DNA of 20,568 nucleotides, taken from contig JBHIDR010000014.1 of the NCBI GenBank assembly GCA_046760225.1, forward strand, positions 1 to 20,568, in the 5' to 3' direction. The stretch comes from Candidatus Aenigmatarchaeota archaeon. GTDB lineage: Archaea > Aenigmatarchaeota > Aenigmatarchaeia > Aenigmatarchaeales > JACQIB01. The position numbers were made by a program, and so were the translations under genes. Every line of letters starts with the position of its first letter. Position 1 is the first letter of the stretch. Positions 1 to 7,199 of the stretch are shown in pieces. The notes beneath the pieces are model-generated. The model saw only the letters and a list, made by a program, of their open reading frames with translations. It was not told where the DNA came from and did not search any database.

Positions 1-1266
1 AATTCCAATGAAAGATATCCACAGACCTACTCCTAATGCCAGGACCTTTATCATTGCCTCCCTTTTCCCATATTCAACAACAAGCCCGAAGCCTGCTGCA
101 ATAATAATTAGAAACAGGGCTGATGTGAATTCAGTGAACCTGATGCCCCTGAATGTCGTGTAAATGCCTATTAAAAATAATGTGATAAGGAACGACAGCT
201 TGTTTGTATCCTTCTTTCCCAATGTATATACCAGGCCGAACAGTATGAAGAAAATGAAAAGAAGGAACGTCAATATATCAAGCACACCTTCACCTATCAG
301 GAAATTTCCTGTTGATGCTATCCACCCCCCAAGATTGAAGATATTGAAAGGCTGAAGTTCTGCTATGGATATGTTTACAATCCATCTTTCAGCTGCCTGT
401 GCAAAGCCGACCACAGCAAGAGAACTCCCTATAGGGTTTCCTCCCCCCGTTATATAACCTATTATATTTATAGACAAGAATATAGCAAATATAATAGCTA
501 AGTTAAGCTTAAGGTTCCTCAAGGCAAGACTTACTCTTTCCCTTCCTTTTGGCATTATTTTTGCTTTTTCTGTTCTTGTGACCCATTCTTTGTGCCCCAA
601 GAACCATTCAATGAAGAAATTAACAATAACAAAACCTATCAAAATAAAAATTGTATAGGTGAACATTCCCCAAGTAAGCATGAAGGCTGAAAACCCCATG
701 ATAGCAAGTGATATACTACCTACGGTTTTCTTTCTTATGGCATAGAAGCCCAAGTAGAGTGTTAGAACAATAAAGAAAAGCGCTAGCTGATCAGTGTCAT
801 ATGAACCCCCGAACGTTCTTATCAAAATCTGGGGGGCAGTGCCAATGAGAAGGGCTGCAAGAAGGCCGCCATACTTGTTTGATAATTCTCTTCCCAGAAG
901 AAAGGCCGGTATGACTATTGCAGCGCCGTAAATAGCAGAAGCATATGATGCTGTTGTTAAAAGAGAGAAGCCGAAGAGCGGACTGAAAACCCAAAAAAGC
1001 AAAGTTGTGAAATAGAACATTAGAGGAGAAACGAGGGTGGGATTTACCTCTCTCCCGACATAGTATGTAAGTTCGTCCCATGCAGGTAGGTGGCCCCAAT
1101 CAGCGAAATACTTTGTGAACCTGAACTGGAAAGTGGGGTCGTAGCCGAGAATCTTGTCAGGCACTAGATTGAATGCCCTTATCTGATAGGAAAACAGGAA
1201 TATGAGAATTAGTGCTATCAGCCACCAATTTTTTTGAAATACCTTCAGTATGCCTTTCATGTCCAT
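1..1266 (-). CDS. aglB: Oligosaccharyltransferase AglB/STT3 family, N-terminal membrane region (continues past the window's left edge)
   Basis: Not in the ORF track; translated by hand from ATG at 1266: MDMKGILKVFQKNWWLIALILIFLFSYQIRAFNLVPDKILGYDPTFQFRFTKYF...WDELTYYVGRE...RTFGGSYDTDQL...SIAELQP...GIRF. It is a multi-TM protein with STT3 hallmarks (GYDP, DxD, SIAE, RF) and is open to position 1. The WWDYG motif would lie outside the window. Confidence 0.9.
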   Translation of the reverse strand, partial: MDMKGILKVFQKNWWLIALILIFLFSYQIRAFNLVPDKILGYDPTFQFRFTKYFADWGHLPAWDELTYYVGREVNPTLVSPLMFYFTTLLFWVFSPLFGFSLLTTASYASAIYGAAIVIPAFLLGRELSNKYGGLLAALLIGTAPQILIRTFGGSYDTDQLALFFIVLTLYLGFYAIRKKTVGSISLAIMGFSAFMLTWGMFTYTIFILIGFVIVNFFIEWFLGHKEWVTRTEKAKIMPKGRERVSLALRNLKLNLAIIFAIFLSINIIGYITGGGNPIGSSLAVVGFAQAAERWIVNISIAELQPFNIFNLGGWIASTGNFLIGEGVLDILTFLLFIFFILFGLVYTLGKKDTNKLSFLITLFLIGIYTTFRGIRFTEFTSALFLIIIAAGFGLVVEYGKREAMIKVLALGVGLWISFIGI

Positions 1267-1338
1267 CTTCAATCACTTGAACTATGACTTTGTGATATTT
1301 TAAATCTTTTATAGTTTTGTATTCTTAAAGAAAGAGTA

Positions 1339-1461
1339 CTACCACTCCTCATCTTCCTGCGTCAGGTCCCATTCGTCCTCATCTTCCTCTTCCTTAGGAG
1401 TCTCTTCAAATTCCTCCTCCCAGCCTTGGGGAGGCATGGCATTTTTAGAGGGTCTTCCCAT
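1339..1461 (-). CDS. 40-aa highly acidic, Trp-containing microprotein (hypothetical)
   Basis: ATG 1461 to TAG 1339: MGRPSKNAMPPQGWEEEFEETPKEEEDEDEWDLTQEDEEW. It has coding-like GAG/GAA purine bias, fills the aglB-NOG1 gap, and has a TTTAAATA box 23-30 nt upstream. Confidence 0.7.
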   Translation of the reverse strand: MGRPSKNAMPPQGWEEEFEETPKEEEDEDEWDLTQEDEEW

Positions 1462-1483
1462 GTTGAGCAATATCTTAAAAAAC

Positions 1484-1491
1484 TATTTAAA
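1484..1491. promoter_or_regulatory. Candidate bidirectional TATA box (TATTTAAA / TTTAAATA)
   Basis: Lies 23-30 nt from minus-strand ATG 1461 and 24-31 nt from plus-strand ATG 1515, the spacing expected for leaderless archaeal transcripts. Confidence 0.6.
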
Positions 1492-1514
1492 GCTTGCGGA
1501 AACCCAATAAGGTT

Positions 1515-2504
1515 ATGGAGAACCCTTTTAAGCGAGTTAAGGCCCTTGACAGGGAGACTTTGATCGGGCAGGCCTTCAGGGAGGCAGCAAAAAAGGTGAA
1601 AAGAACAGAGTTCCGTGGCAGTGTTGTGGAGAAGGCAAAACAGAAGGAGGGCCTGAGGATAAAAGTAGCGGGCAACCTGGTTTATGTTAAGTTGAAGGAA
1701 TCCTCAAGATCATTCCCGAATTTCAGCAAGATGCCCAAAATATACCAGGAACTGGCAAGGATACTGGTTCCAGAGGAAAAGCTGAAGAAAGCTCTGGCAT
1801 CTCAGATATGGGCTGCAAACAAGATAAGGGAACTGCAGATGAAGTACTACAAGAAAGTCAGTGTTGCAAGGCATACGCAGGATTGCAGGGCATTAAGAAA
1901 AGAATTCTATGGCAGGATGAACTCCTTTCTCGGGAAAATAGAGAAGGAAATGGGTTTGTTAAGGGATTCCGCGCCACTGCTGAGGAGATTTCCCGACATA
2001 ATGGAAATGCCAACTGTTGTGATTGCTGGACTGCCCAATGTGGGCAAGAGCAGCCTGCTCGCAAGATTGAGCGGCAGCAAACCGAAAATACAGCCATACC
2101 CCTTTACAACAAAGGGCCTAATGTTCGGGTATTCTGAAATCGGTTTTAAAAAAGTGCAATTCATTGATACACCTGGCCTGCTGGACAGGCCAATGGCAAA
2201 GAGGAGCAGGATAGAGAAGCAGGGCATAGTTGTTCTTGAACTTATTGTTGACATGATTGTGTATGTTTTTGACATGTCCGAGACATGCGGCTATACAATA
2301 GGGCAACAGCTAAAACTTTACAACGAACTGAAGGAAACATTCAACAAGCCTGTGGTACCTGTTGCAAACAAGGCAGATATAATTGGCAGAAAGCCAACAG
2401 AGAAGCTCGGTGTTGAAGAGAAGGTCATAGAGGTTTCATGTGAGACAGGAAAGGGCATAAAGGAACTGAAAAAATATATTAAAGAATCATTAAAATACGT
2501 GTAG
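1515..2504 (+). CDS. NOG1-family (Obg-like) ribosome biogenesis GTPase
   Basis: Helical N-domain followed by G1 GLPNVGKS, G2 YPFTT, G3 DTPGLLDRP, G4 NKAD and G5 SCETG. ATG 1515 is preferred to TTG 1494 because of the TATA spacing. Confidence 0.93.
   Translation: MENPFKRVKALDRETLIGQAFREAAKKVKRTEFRGSVVEKAKQKEGLRIKVAGNLVYVKLKESSRSFPNFSKMPKIYQELARILVPEEKLKKALASQIWAANKIRELQMKYYKKVSVARHTQDCRALRKEFYGRMNSFLGKIEKEMGLLRDSAPLLRRFPDIMEMPTVVIAGLPNVGKSSLLARLSGSKPKIQPYPFTTKGLMFGYSEIGFKKVQFIDTPGLLDRPMAKRSRIEKQGIVVLELIVDMIVYVFDMSETCGYTIGQQLKLYNELKETFNKPVVPVANKADIIGRKPTEKLGVEEKVIEVSCETGKGIKELKKYIKESLKYV
2439..2504 (+). repeat. Repeat A copy 1: 3' end of the NOG1 gene
   Basis: 2439-2479 is identical (41 bp) to 3279-3319. 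The next 22 nt differ at 8 positions, and both copies end in TAG at the same offset. Confidence 0.95.
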
Positions 2505-2510
2505 ATTAGT

Positions 2511-3077
2511 ATGGCAATAACCGACATTACAATACCAAGGAGGGTAGCAATAATCCAGTCCAACCTCGGGTCTGAAGATAAGGTCCTGGAAATAGGTTGC
2601 AAGGAAGGAAGGCTCACGCATCATCTGGAGGCAAAGGAAATAATAGGAGTTGACATAGACGAGAAAGCCATAGTTGAGGCAAAGGAAAAGGAGAAAAGGC
2701 CGAATGTAAAATTCCTTGTAGGCGATGCTTATGATTTAAAATTTTCTAATGAAGAGTTTGATGTTGTCATAATGGGAGATATAATAGAACACCTTTACAA
2801 TGGAAACAAGGCACTTTCTGAAGCAAACCGCGTCCTCAAGAAAGGAGGTAAGCTTCTTGTCTCATGCCCTTATCATGGTATGTTAAAGAACATTGTGATT
2901 ACTTTTTACAATTATGACAGGCATTATGATGTCGAAGGGGAGCACATAAGGTTCTTTACAGTAAAGAGCCTGACTAGGCTTCTGAAAAAGAATGGGTTCA
3001 GAGTAAACAAAAAGCACTTCATCGGAAGGGCTCCTTTTCTCTGGAGAAGCATGCTCTTTGTTTGCGTCAAAGGCTAA
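2511..3077 (+). CDS. Class I SAM-dependent methyltransferase (Methyltransf_11-like)
   Basis: Motif I VLEIGCKEG, IIGVDID, VGDA, FDVVIMGDIIEHL, RVLKKGGKLLVSCP. Confidence 0.9.
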   Translation: MAITDITIPRRVAIIQSNLGSEDKVLEIGCKEGRLTHHLEAKEIIGVDIDEKAIVEAKEKEKRPNVKFLVGDAYDLKFSNEEFDVVIMGDIIEHLYNGNKALSEANRVLKKGGKLLVSCPYHGMLKNIVITFYNYDRHYDVEGEHIRFFTVKSLTRLLKKNGFRVNKKHFIGRAPFLWRSMLFVCVKG

Positions 3078-3280
3078 TGATTCCAGGCTTGCCTCTTTCC
3101 CCTTCTACACTGAATTTGACAGGAAGGAATTTCTCAATCACTGATATATTTGTTAAAGAATGATGGGTTATCTGGCTTGTCTTTATCTTTCCTTTTCCTG
3201 CGAGTGCCATGTAGGGGAGCAGCATGTCTGATGCATGGCGGTCAACTGCTCCGTTCGTAAACTCGAAGAGAAAATTCTTG
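3067..3280 (-). pseudogene. Duplicated 3' fragment of rtcA (last 70 codons plus stop; repeat B copy 1)
   Basis: 3086-3280 is identical (195 bp) to 3820-4014. It ends ...KPGIISL*, versus ...KPGIIRL* in the intact rtcA, and has no 5' part. Confidence 0.9.
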
Positions 3281-3344
3281 TGAGACAGGAAAGGGCATAA
3301 AGGAACTGAAAAAATATATAAAGGAGCCATTAAAGTATTTATAG
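3279..3344 (+). pseudogene. Duplicated, allelic 3' fragment of the NOG1 gene (repeat A copy 2)
   Basis: Reads CETGKGIKELKKYIKEPLKYL*, versus CETGKGIKELKKYIKESLKYV* in the intact gene. It is followed by GGTGA and the Hsp20 ATG. Confidence 0.9.
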
Positions 3345-3352
3345 GTGAGAAA

Positions 3353-3814
3353 ATGGTAAAGAAAAAGAAGAAAGTTCCACTTTGGTTCGAAGACCCCTTT
3401 GAGAGAATGTCAAGAATGGAAGAGGAAATGCGCAGGATGATGAGAGAACCCTTCACTCTCAGGATGAGGCTCCCAGAAGCCAAATTCTTCAGAAGCTTTC
3501 CAGTTGATATGTCAGAGACAGGGAAGGAACTCATAGTAAGAGCAGACCTGCCTGGCTTTGAAAAGGACGAGATAAAGCTGAAAGTGACAGAAAATACAAT
3601 CGAGATAACAGCAGAGAAAAAGAGGGAGAGGAAGGAGAAGGGAAAGCATTTCTTCAGGCAGGAAAGGATTTATGGCTCTGCAAGGAGGGCAATGATGCTT
3701 CCTGTGAAAATAAATACTGACAAGGTGAAAGCGTCCTTTAAGAAAGGTGTGCTTGAGGTCATAATGCCAAAGGCGGAAGTCAAGAAGAAGGGAAGGGAAG
3801 TCAGAGTCGAATGA
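3353..3814 (+). CDS. hsp20: Small heat-shock protein, Hsp20/alpha-crystallin family
   Basis: WFEDPF N-arm, PVDMSET...ADLPG, ERIYG, ASFKKGVLEVIMPK, C-terminal VxV motif (EVRVE), and a GGTGA RBS upstream. Confidence 0.95.
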   Translation: MVKKKKKVPLWFEDPFERMSRMEEEMRRMMREPFTLRMRLPEAKFFRSFPVDMSETGKELIVRADLPGFEKDEIKLKVTENTIEITAEKKRERKEKGKHFFRQERIYGSARRAMMLPVKINTDKVKASFKKGVLEVIMPKAEVKKKGREVRVE

Positions 3815-4014
3815 TTCCTGGCTTGCCTCTTTCCCCTTCTACACTGAATTTGACAGGAAGGAATTTCTCAATCACTGATATATTTGTTAAAGAATGATGG
3901 GTTATCTGGCTTGTCTTTATCTTTCCTTTTCCTGCGAGTGCCATGTAGGGGAGCAGCATGTCTGATGCATGGCGGTCAACTGCTCCGTTCGTAAACTCGA
4001 AGAGAAAATTCTTG
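3801..4014 (-). repeat. Repeat B copy 2: 3' end of intact rtcA
   Basis: Matches 3067-3280 at offset 734, with differences confined to the last ~20 nt of the gene. Confidence 0.95.
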
Positions 4015-4805
4015 GCAGCTTCTTTTCCAACTTCTTCTGCTCTCTTTCCCCTTTCTCCAATTGCATCAGCACCGATAATCGAGTTATGGGTTATCGCGTA
4101 AATCAGAATTCCTGAGCCAGGGCTCACGGAGTCCCTATATTCTATTTCAATGTGCGCATCCTTCAATGTGCCGGAAAGCAGTTCCCTGGCTGCTTCGACC
4201 TGCCTTTCTGCAACCCTGTTCTTCTGAAGACTTTTAGATGCAATTGAAATTATGAAGCTTTCAGCCAGAAGACCCTTTTCTAGGATTTCCAGTGGCTTTG
4301 GTTCAAAAGGAAAGACAACTGTTTCTACTTTTGCTCCTCCTTTTGGATAAAAACCTTCCCTGAGCATGTTGAACTCTACCCTGTGGTCTATGAGGGGAAG
4401 GAAAACCCTGTTCATGTATTCTACAGGCGGTGCCCACTTGTTCCATGTGCCCCCGCCATCAAAGTTTATCTTTATTGTTTTCTTTGTTTTGGCCATTGCA
4501 AGAAGAAGCGCCTGCAGGACAAGGCCTATTGAGCCAGCTGTGGAGATTTCAATTGTAATATCCCTTGGTTTGAGTTCTTTTGGGTGAAATTCCAGTTCTT
4601 TGGAGCCAAGAACAAGCCCCCAGACTTCAGCCCCACATAGCTCTGCTATTGTCCTTATTCCCTCCATATGCTGGGTCTTGAGCCCTGGCTGGGGTCTTGC
4701 GCCTCTTATGTTTTTCATTTCCATTGGCTTTCCTGTAAGGGCAGACAGGGCAACAGCAGTCCTCACTAACTGGCCCCCTGCTTCAGAACCATCAATCTCA
4801 ATCAT
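3801..4805 (-). CDS. rtcA: RNA 3'-terminal phosphate cyclase
   Basis: Starts MIEIDGSEAGGQLVRTAVALS (ATG 4805 overlaps the upstream stop as ATGA). Motifs RPQPGLKTQH, TAGSIGL, GFYPKGG and the catalytic-His region THHSLTN. Confidence 0.95.
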   Translation of the reverse strand: MIEIDGSEAGGQLVRTAVALSALTGKPMEMKNIRGARPQPGLKTQHMEGIRTIAELCGAEVWGLVLGSKELEFHPKELKPRDITIEISTAGSIGLVLQALLLAMAKTKKTIKINFDGGGTWNKWAPPVEYMNRVFLPLIDHRVEFNMLREGFYPKGGAKVETVVFPFEPKPLEILEKGLLAESFIISIASKSLQKNRVAERQVEAARELLSGTLKDAHIEIEYRDSVSPGSGILIYAITHNSIIGADAIGERGKRAEEVGKEAAKNFLFEFTNGAVDRHASDMLLPYMALAGKGKIKTSQITHHSLTNISVIEKFLPVKFSVEGERGKPGIIRL

Positions 4806-6049
4806 ATCTTGATCACATCGCCGTTCATTGGAGCGATTGCATCGACTTCGAACCTTCCCCTGAGCTCTGTTGCAAACCTTTCCGCATATTCGCCATGCAT
4901 GCATATCACTTTTTCAGGAGAGATTTTCTGCACAAGCTTGATAAGGCCAGCCCTTCCTGCATGTGCTGAGAAATCTAAGAACTCCATCCTCATCTTAACC
5001 TTCAAATCAAAGCCCTCTGTCACGAACCTGCCAGTGTCCATCAAATATCTTCCTGCTGTACGCGGTATCTGGAAGCCTGTGAATATCAAAGAACATTCGG
5101 GTCTTGTGTAGAGCTGTTTTATGTAATAGACAACAGGCCCGCCCTCCAGACAACCGCCTGTTGTGACAATCACACAGGGTCTTTTCACTATCTTCTTCCT
5201 ATCCTCATCACTGCTTATCAGTTTCACCCCATCAAATACTTTTTTCAGTTCCTTTGGATTGCGCAGGAACTCAGGATATTTCAGAATAATCTTGGTTGCC
5301 TGCCTTGCCATACCATCAAGGTAGATGGGAATGTTATTTGGAAGCTCGTTAAGTATCATGAGGATTTCTGCTGCCCTTCCTACGGCAAAGGAAGGTATGA
5401 TGGCAATGCCATCATTTGCTATTGTTTCCTTTATTATCTTCAGCAGCTTTCTTTCTGTCTGTACTCTTGGCGGATGCTCCCTGCTAGAATAGGTTGTTTC
5501 CATTATAAGGACATCGATGTCCTTTGCCATACTTATGTCCGCTCCCTTTAACAGTCTGGTTGTTTCTAGCTTGAAGTCGCTCGTATACATTACCCTTTTC
5601 TTTCCAGTATCAACAGTGAACATCAGGGAGCCTGGTATGTGGCCAGCGTCCATTGTCTCTATGACGCATTTCTCTGTCTCAATCTGCTGGTTATAGGTAA
5701 CGTATATCTGATTTCTCTCAAATTTGGCCAGTTCCCTTTTTGAGAAAAGCTTTGGCCTTCCCCTCAGCCTTGCGACCTTCATGCTGTCCATCAAAAGCAG
5801 ATGGGTCTGGTCAAATGTGGATATGGTTGAATAGGCAGGGAACGATGCTCTCCTGTAAAGCACCGGGACAGAGCCGCTGTGGTCAAGATGCGGATGGGCA
5901 AGGAGCAGGACATCCACCTTTCCTGGGTCCCGTGGTATGTCACCGACTTCAACTTTCAGGCCATAATCGAAGAGTATCTTTTCCTTTGCATCAAGAAGTA
6001 CAGCGTTCCTTCCGACCTCCCTAAATCCGCCCAGGCATTTAATCTGCAT
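4802..6049 (-). CDS. MBL-fold beta-CASP ribonuclease (aCPSF-like, no N-terminal KH domains)
   Basis: LGGFREVGRN, HPHLDH, AGHIPGS, YTSD, METTY, FAVGR, GFQ, FSAHA and MHGE motifs. Confidence 0.92.
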   Translation of the reverse strand: MQIKCLGGFREVGRNAVLLDAKEKILFDYGLKVEVGDIPRDPGKVDVLLLAHPHLDHSGSVPVLYRRASFPAYSTISTFDQTHLLLMDSMKVARLRGRPKLFSKRELAKFERNQIYVTYNQQIETEKCVIETMDAGHIPGSLMFTVDTGKKRVMYTSDFKLETTRLLKGADISMAKDIDVLIMETTYSSREHPPRVQTERKLLKIIKETIANDGIAIIPSFAVGRAAEILMILNELPNNIPIYLDGMARQATKIILKYPEFLRNPKELKKVFDGVKLISSDEDRKKIVKRPCVIVTTGGCLEGGPVVYYIKQLYTRPECSLIFTGFQIPRTAGRYLMDTGRFVTEGFDLKVKMRMEFLDFSAHAGRAGLIKLVQKISPEKVICMHGEYAERFATELRGRFEVDAIAPMNGDVIKI

Positions 6050-6099
6050 AGAAACCTTTATGTATGTTCCTCTAATAAATCTTTACTAAAAGTGATATC

Positions 6100-7068
6100 A
6101 TGCACATTAAAAGCAAGATGGGTCTGATAAAGGACAATGTAGTAGAGATAGTAACAGAAAAGGAGCTAGAGGCGTTACTAAAATCTAAGAAGAGGCCCGT
6201 TACTTACTGTGGATACGAAATCAGCGGTCCAATACACCTGGGACACATGGTTACAACAACCAAGCTCATGGAGCTGGGTAATGCAGGATTTAAGGTAAAA
6301 GTGCTTCTTGCTGACCTTCATACCAAACTAAATATCAAGGGTTCTGACGAGTTCATAAGGGAACAGCACAAGAAATGGGAAAGAGGCATGAAGGCCTTGG
6401 GCCTTAAGGCTGATTTTATTCTTGGTTCAAGCTTTCAATTCAAGAAAGAATACTGGGACGATGTCATGACAATGGCAACACTTACTTCAATGAAAAGGGG
6501 CCTGAGAAGCATGCAGGAGATTGCCAGGGACATAGAGAACGCGAGAGTGTCTCAGATCCTCTATCCGCTCATGCAGATAGAGGACATAAAGGCACTCGGG
6601 GTGGATGTTGCATATGGCGGTATAGAGCAAAGAAAAATACACATGTTGGCAAGAGAGCTACTGCCAAAGGTAGGATACAAAGAGCCTGTGGCACTGCACA
6701 CACCACTGATAACATCCTTGTTGGGACCAGGAAAGAAGATGTCATCCTCTGTTCCCAAGTCAAGCATATTCATAACAGATAATGAGAAGATGATAAGAGA
6801 GAAGCTAAATGGAGCACATTGCATTGCAGGAGACGTGAAGGAGAACCCTGTGATGGACATATTAAGGCTCGTTATTTTCCCAAGAATCGACAAGTTCAAG
6901 ATAGAGCGCAGCAAGAAGCATGGCGGTGACCTAGTTTTCAAGGAATACGGGGAGATTGAAGCAACATTCAAAAACAAGAAGGTACATCCCCTTGACCTGA
7001 AGAACTCTGTTGCTGAGGAAATTATTAAGATACTTGAACCAGTGAAAAGGAAAGCAAGATTTAAATAG
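6100..7068 (+). CDS. tyrS: Tyrosyl-tRNA synthetase, archaeal type
   Basis: YCGYEISG, HLGH (HIGH), LLADLH, YPLMQxxDI, GGIEQRKIHMLARE, KMSSS, HPLDLK. Confidence 0.96.
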   Translation: MHIKSKMGLIKDNVVEIVTEKELEALLKSKKRPVTYCGYEISGPIHLGHMVTTTKLMELGNAGFKVKVLLADLHTKLNIKGSDEFIREQHKKWERGMKALGLKADFILGSSFQFKKEYWDDVMTMATLTSMKRGLRSMQEIARDIENARVSQILYPLMQIEDIKALGVDVAYGGIEQRKIHMLARELLPKVGYKEPVALHTPLITSLLGPGKKMSSSVPKSSIFITDNEKMIREKLNGAHCIAGDVKENPVMDILRLVIFPRIDKFKIERSKKHGGDLVFKEYGEIEATFKNKKVHPLDLKNSVAEEIIKILEPVKRKARFK

Positions 7069-7199
7069 CTTTATTCTCTAGTATACTTAGGTGCATGGTG
7101 ATGCTGTACCAATCAGAATGAACAGCGACGTTTTCTTAGGCATACTTATAAAACAAAAGAAATTTAAACTGCTATTCACAAAGCTAAAGGGGTGCTTTG

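Noticed and set aside
164..1099. Track ORFs 164..355 (+) and 797..1099 (-)
   Set aside because: Shadow or alternative-frame ORFs inside aglB.
2439..3344. DGR template/variable repeat pair
   Set aside because: The mismatches are not adenine-specific in either direction and are mostly synonymous. No reverse transcriptase is in the window.
3067..3534. 155-aa minus-strand ORF ending in an RtcA C-terminus
   Set aside because: It is a chimera created by the duplication: antisense Hsp20/NOG1 sequence read into the rtcA fragment.
2439..4014. Integron cassette array or IS/provirus with att sites
   Set aside because: No integrase, transposase, attC-like hairpins or terminal inverted repeats. The repeats are ends of housekeeping genes.
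4806..4904. N-terminal extensions of track ORFs (rtcA to 4904, radB to 13921, membrane protein to 11984, NOG1 from 1494)
   Set aside because: They overlap neighbouring genes or promoters. Family-typical starts and TATA spacing favour the internal ATGs.
7069..7199. tRNA or C/D box sRNA in the tyrS-serS spacer
   Set aside because: No cloverleaf or T-loop consensus, and no properly arranged RUGAUGA/CUGA pair.
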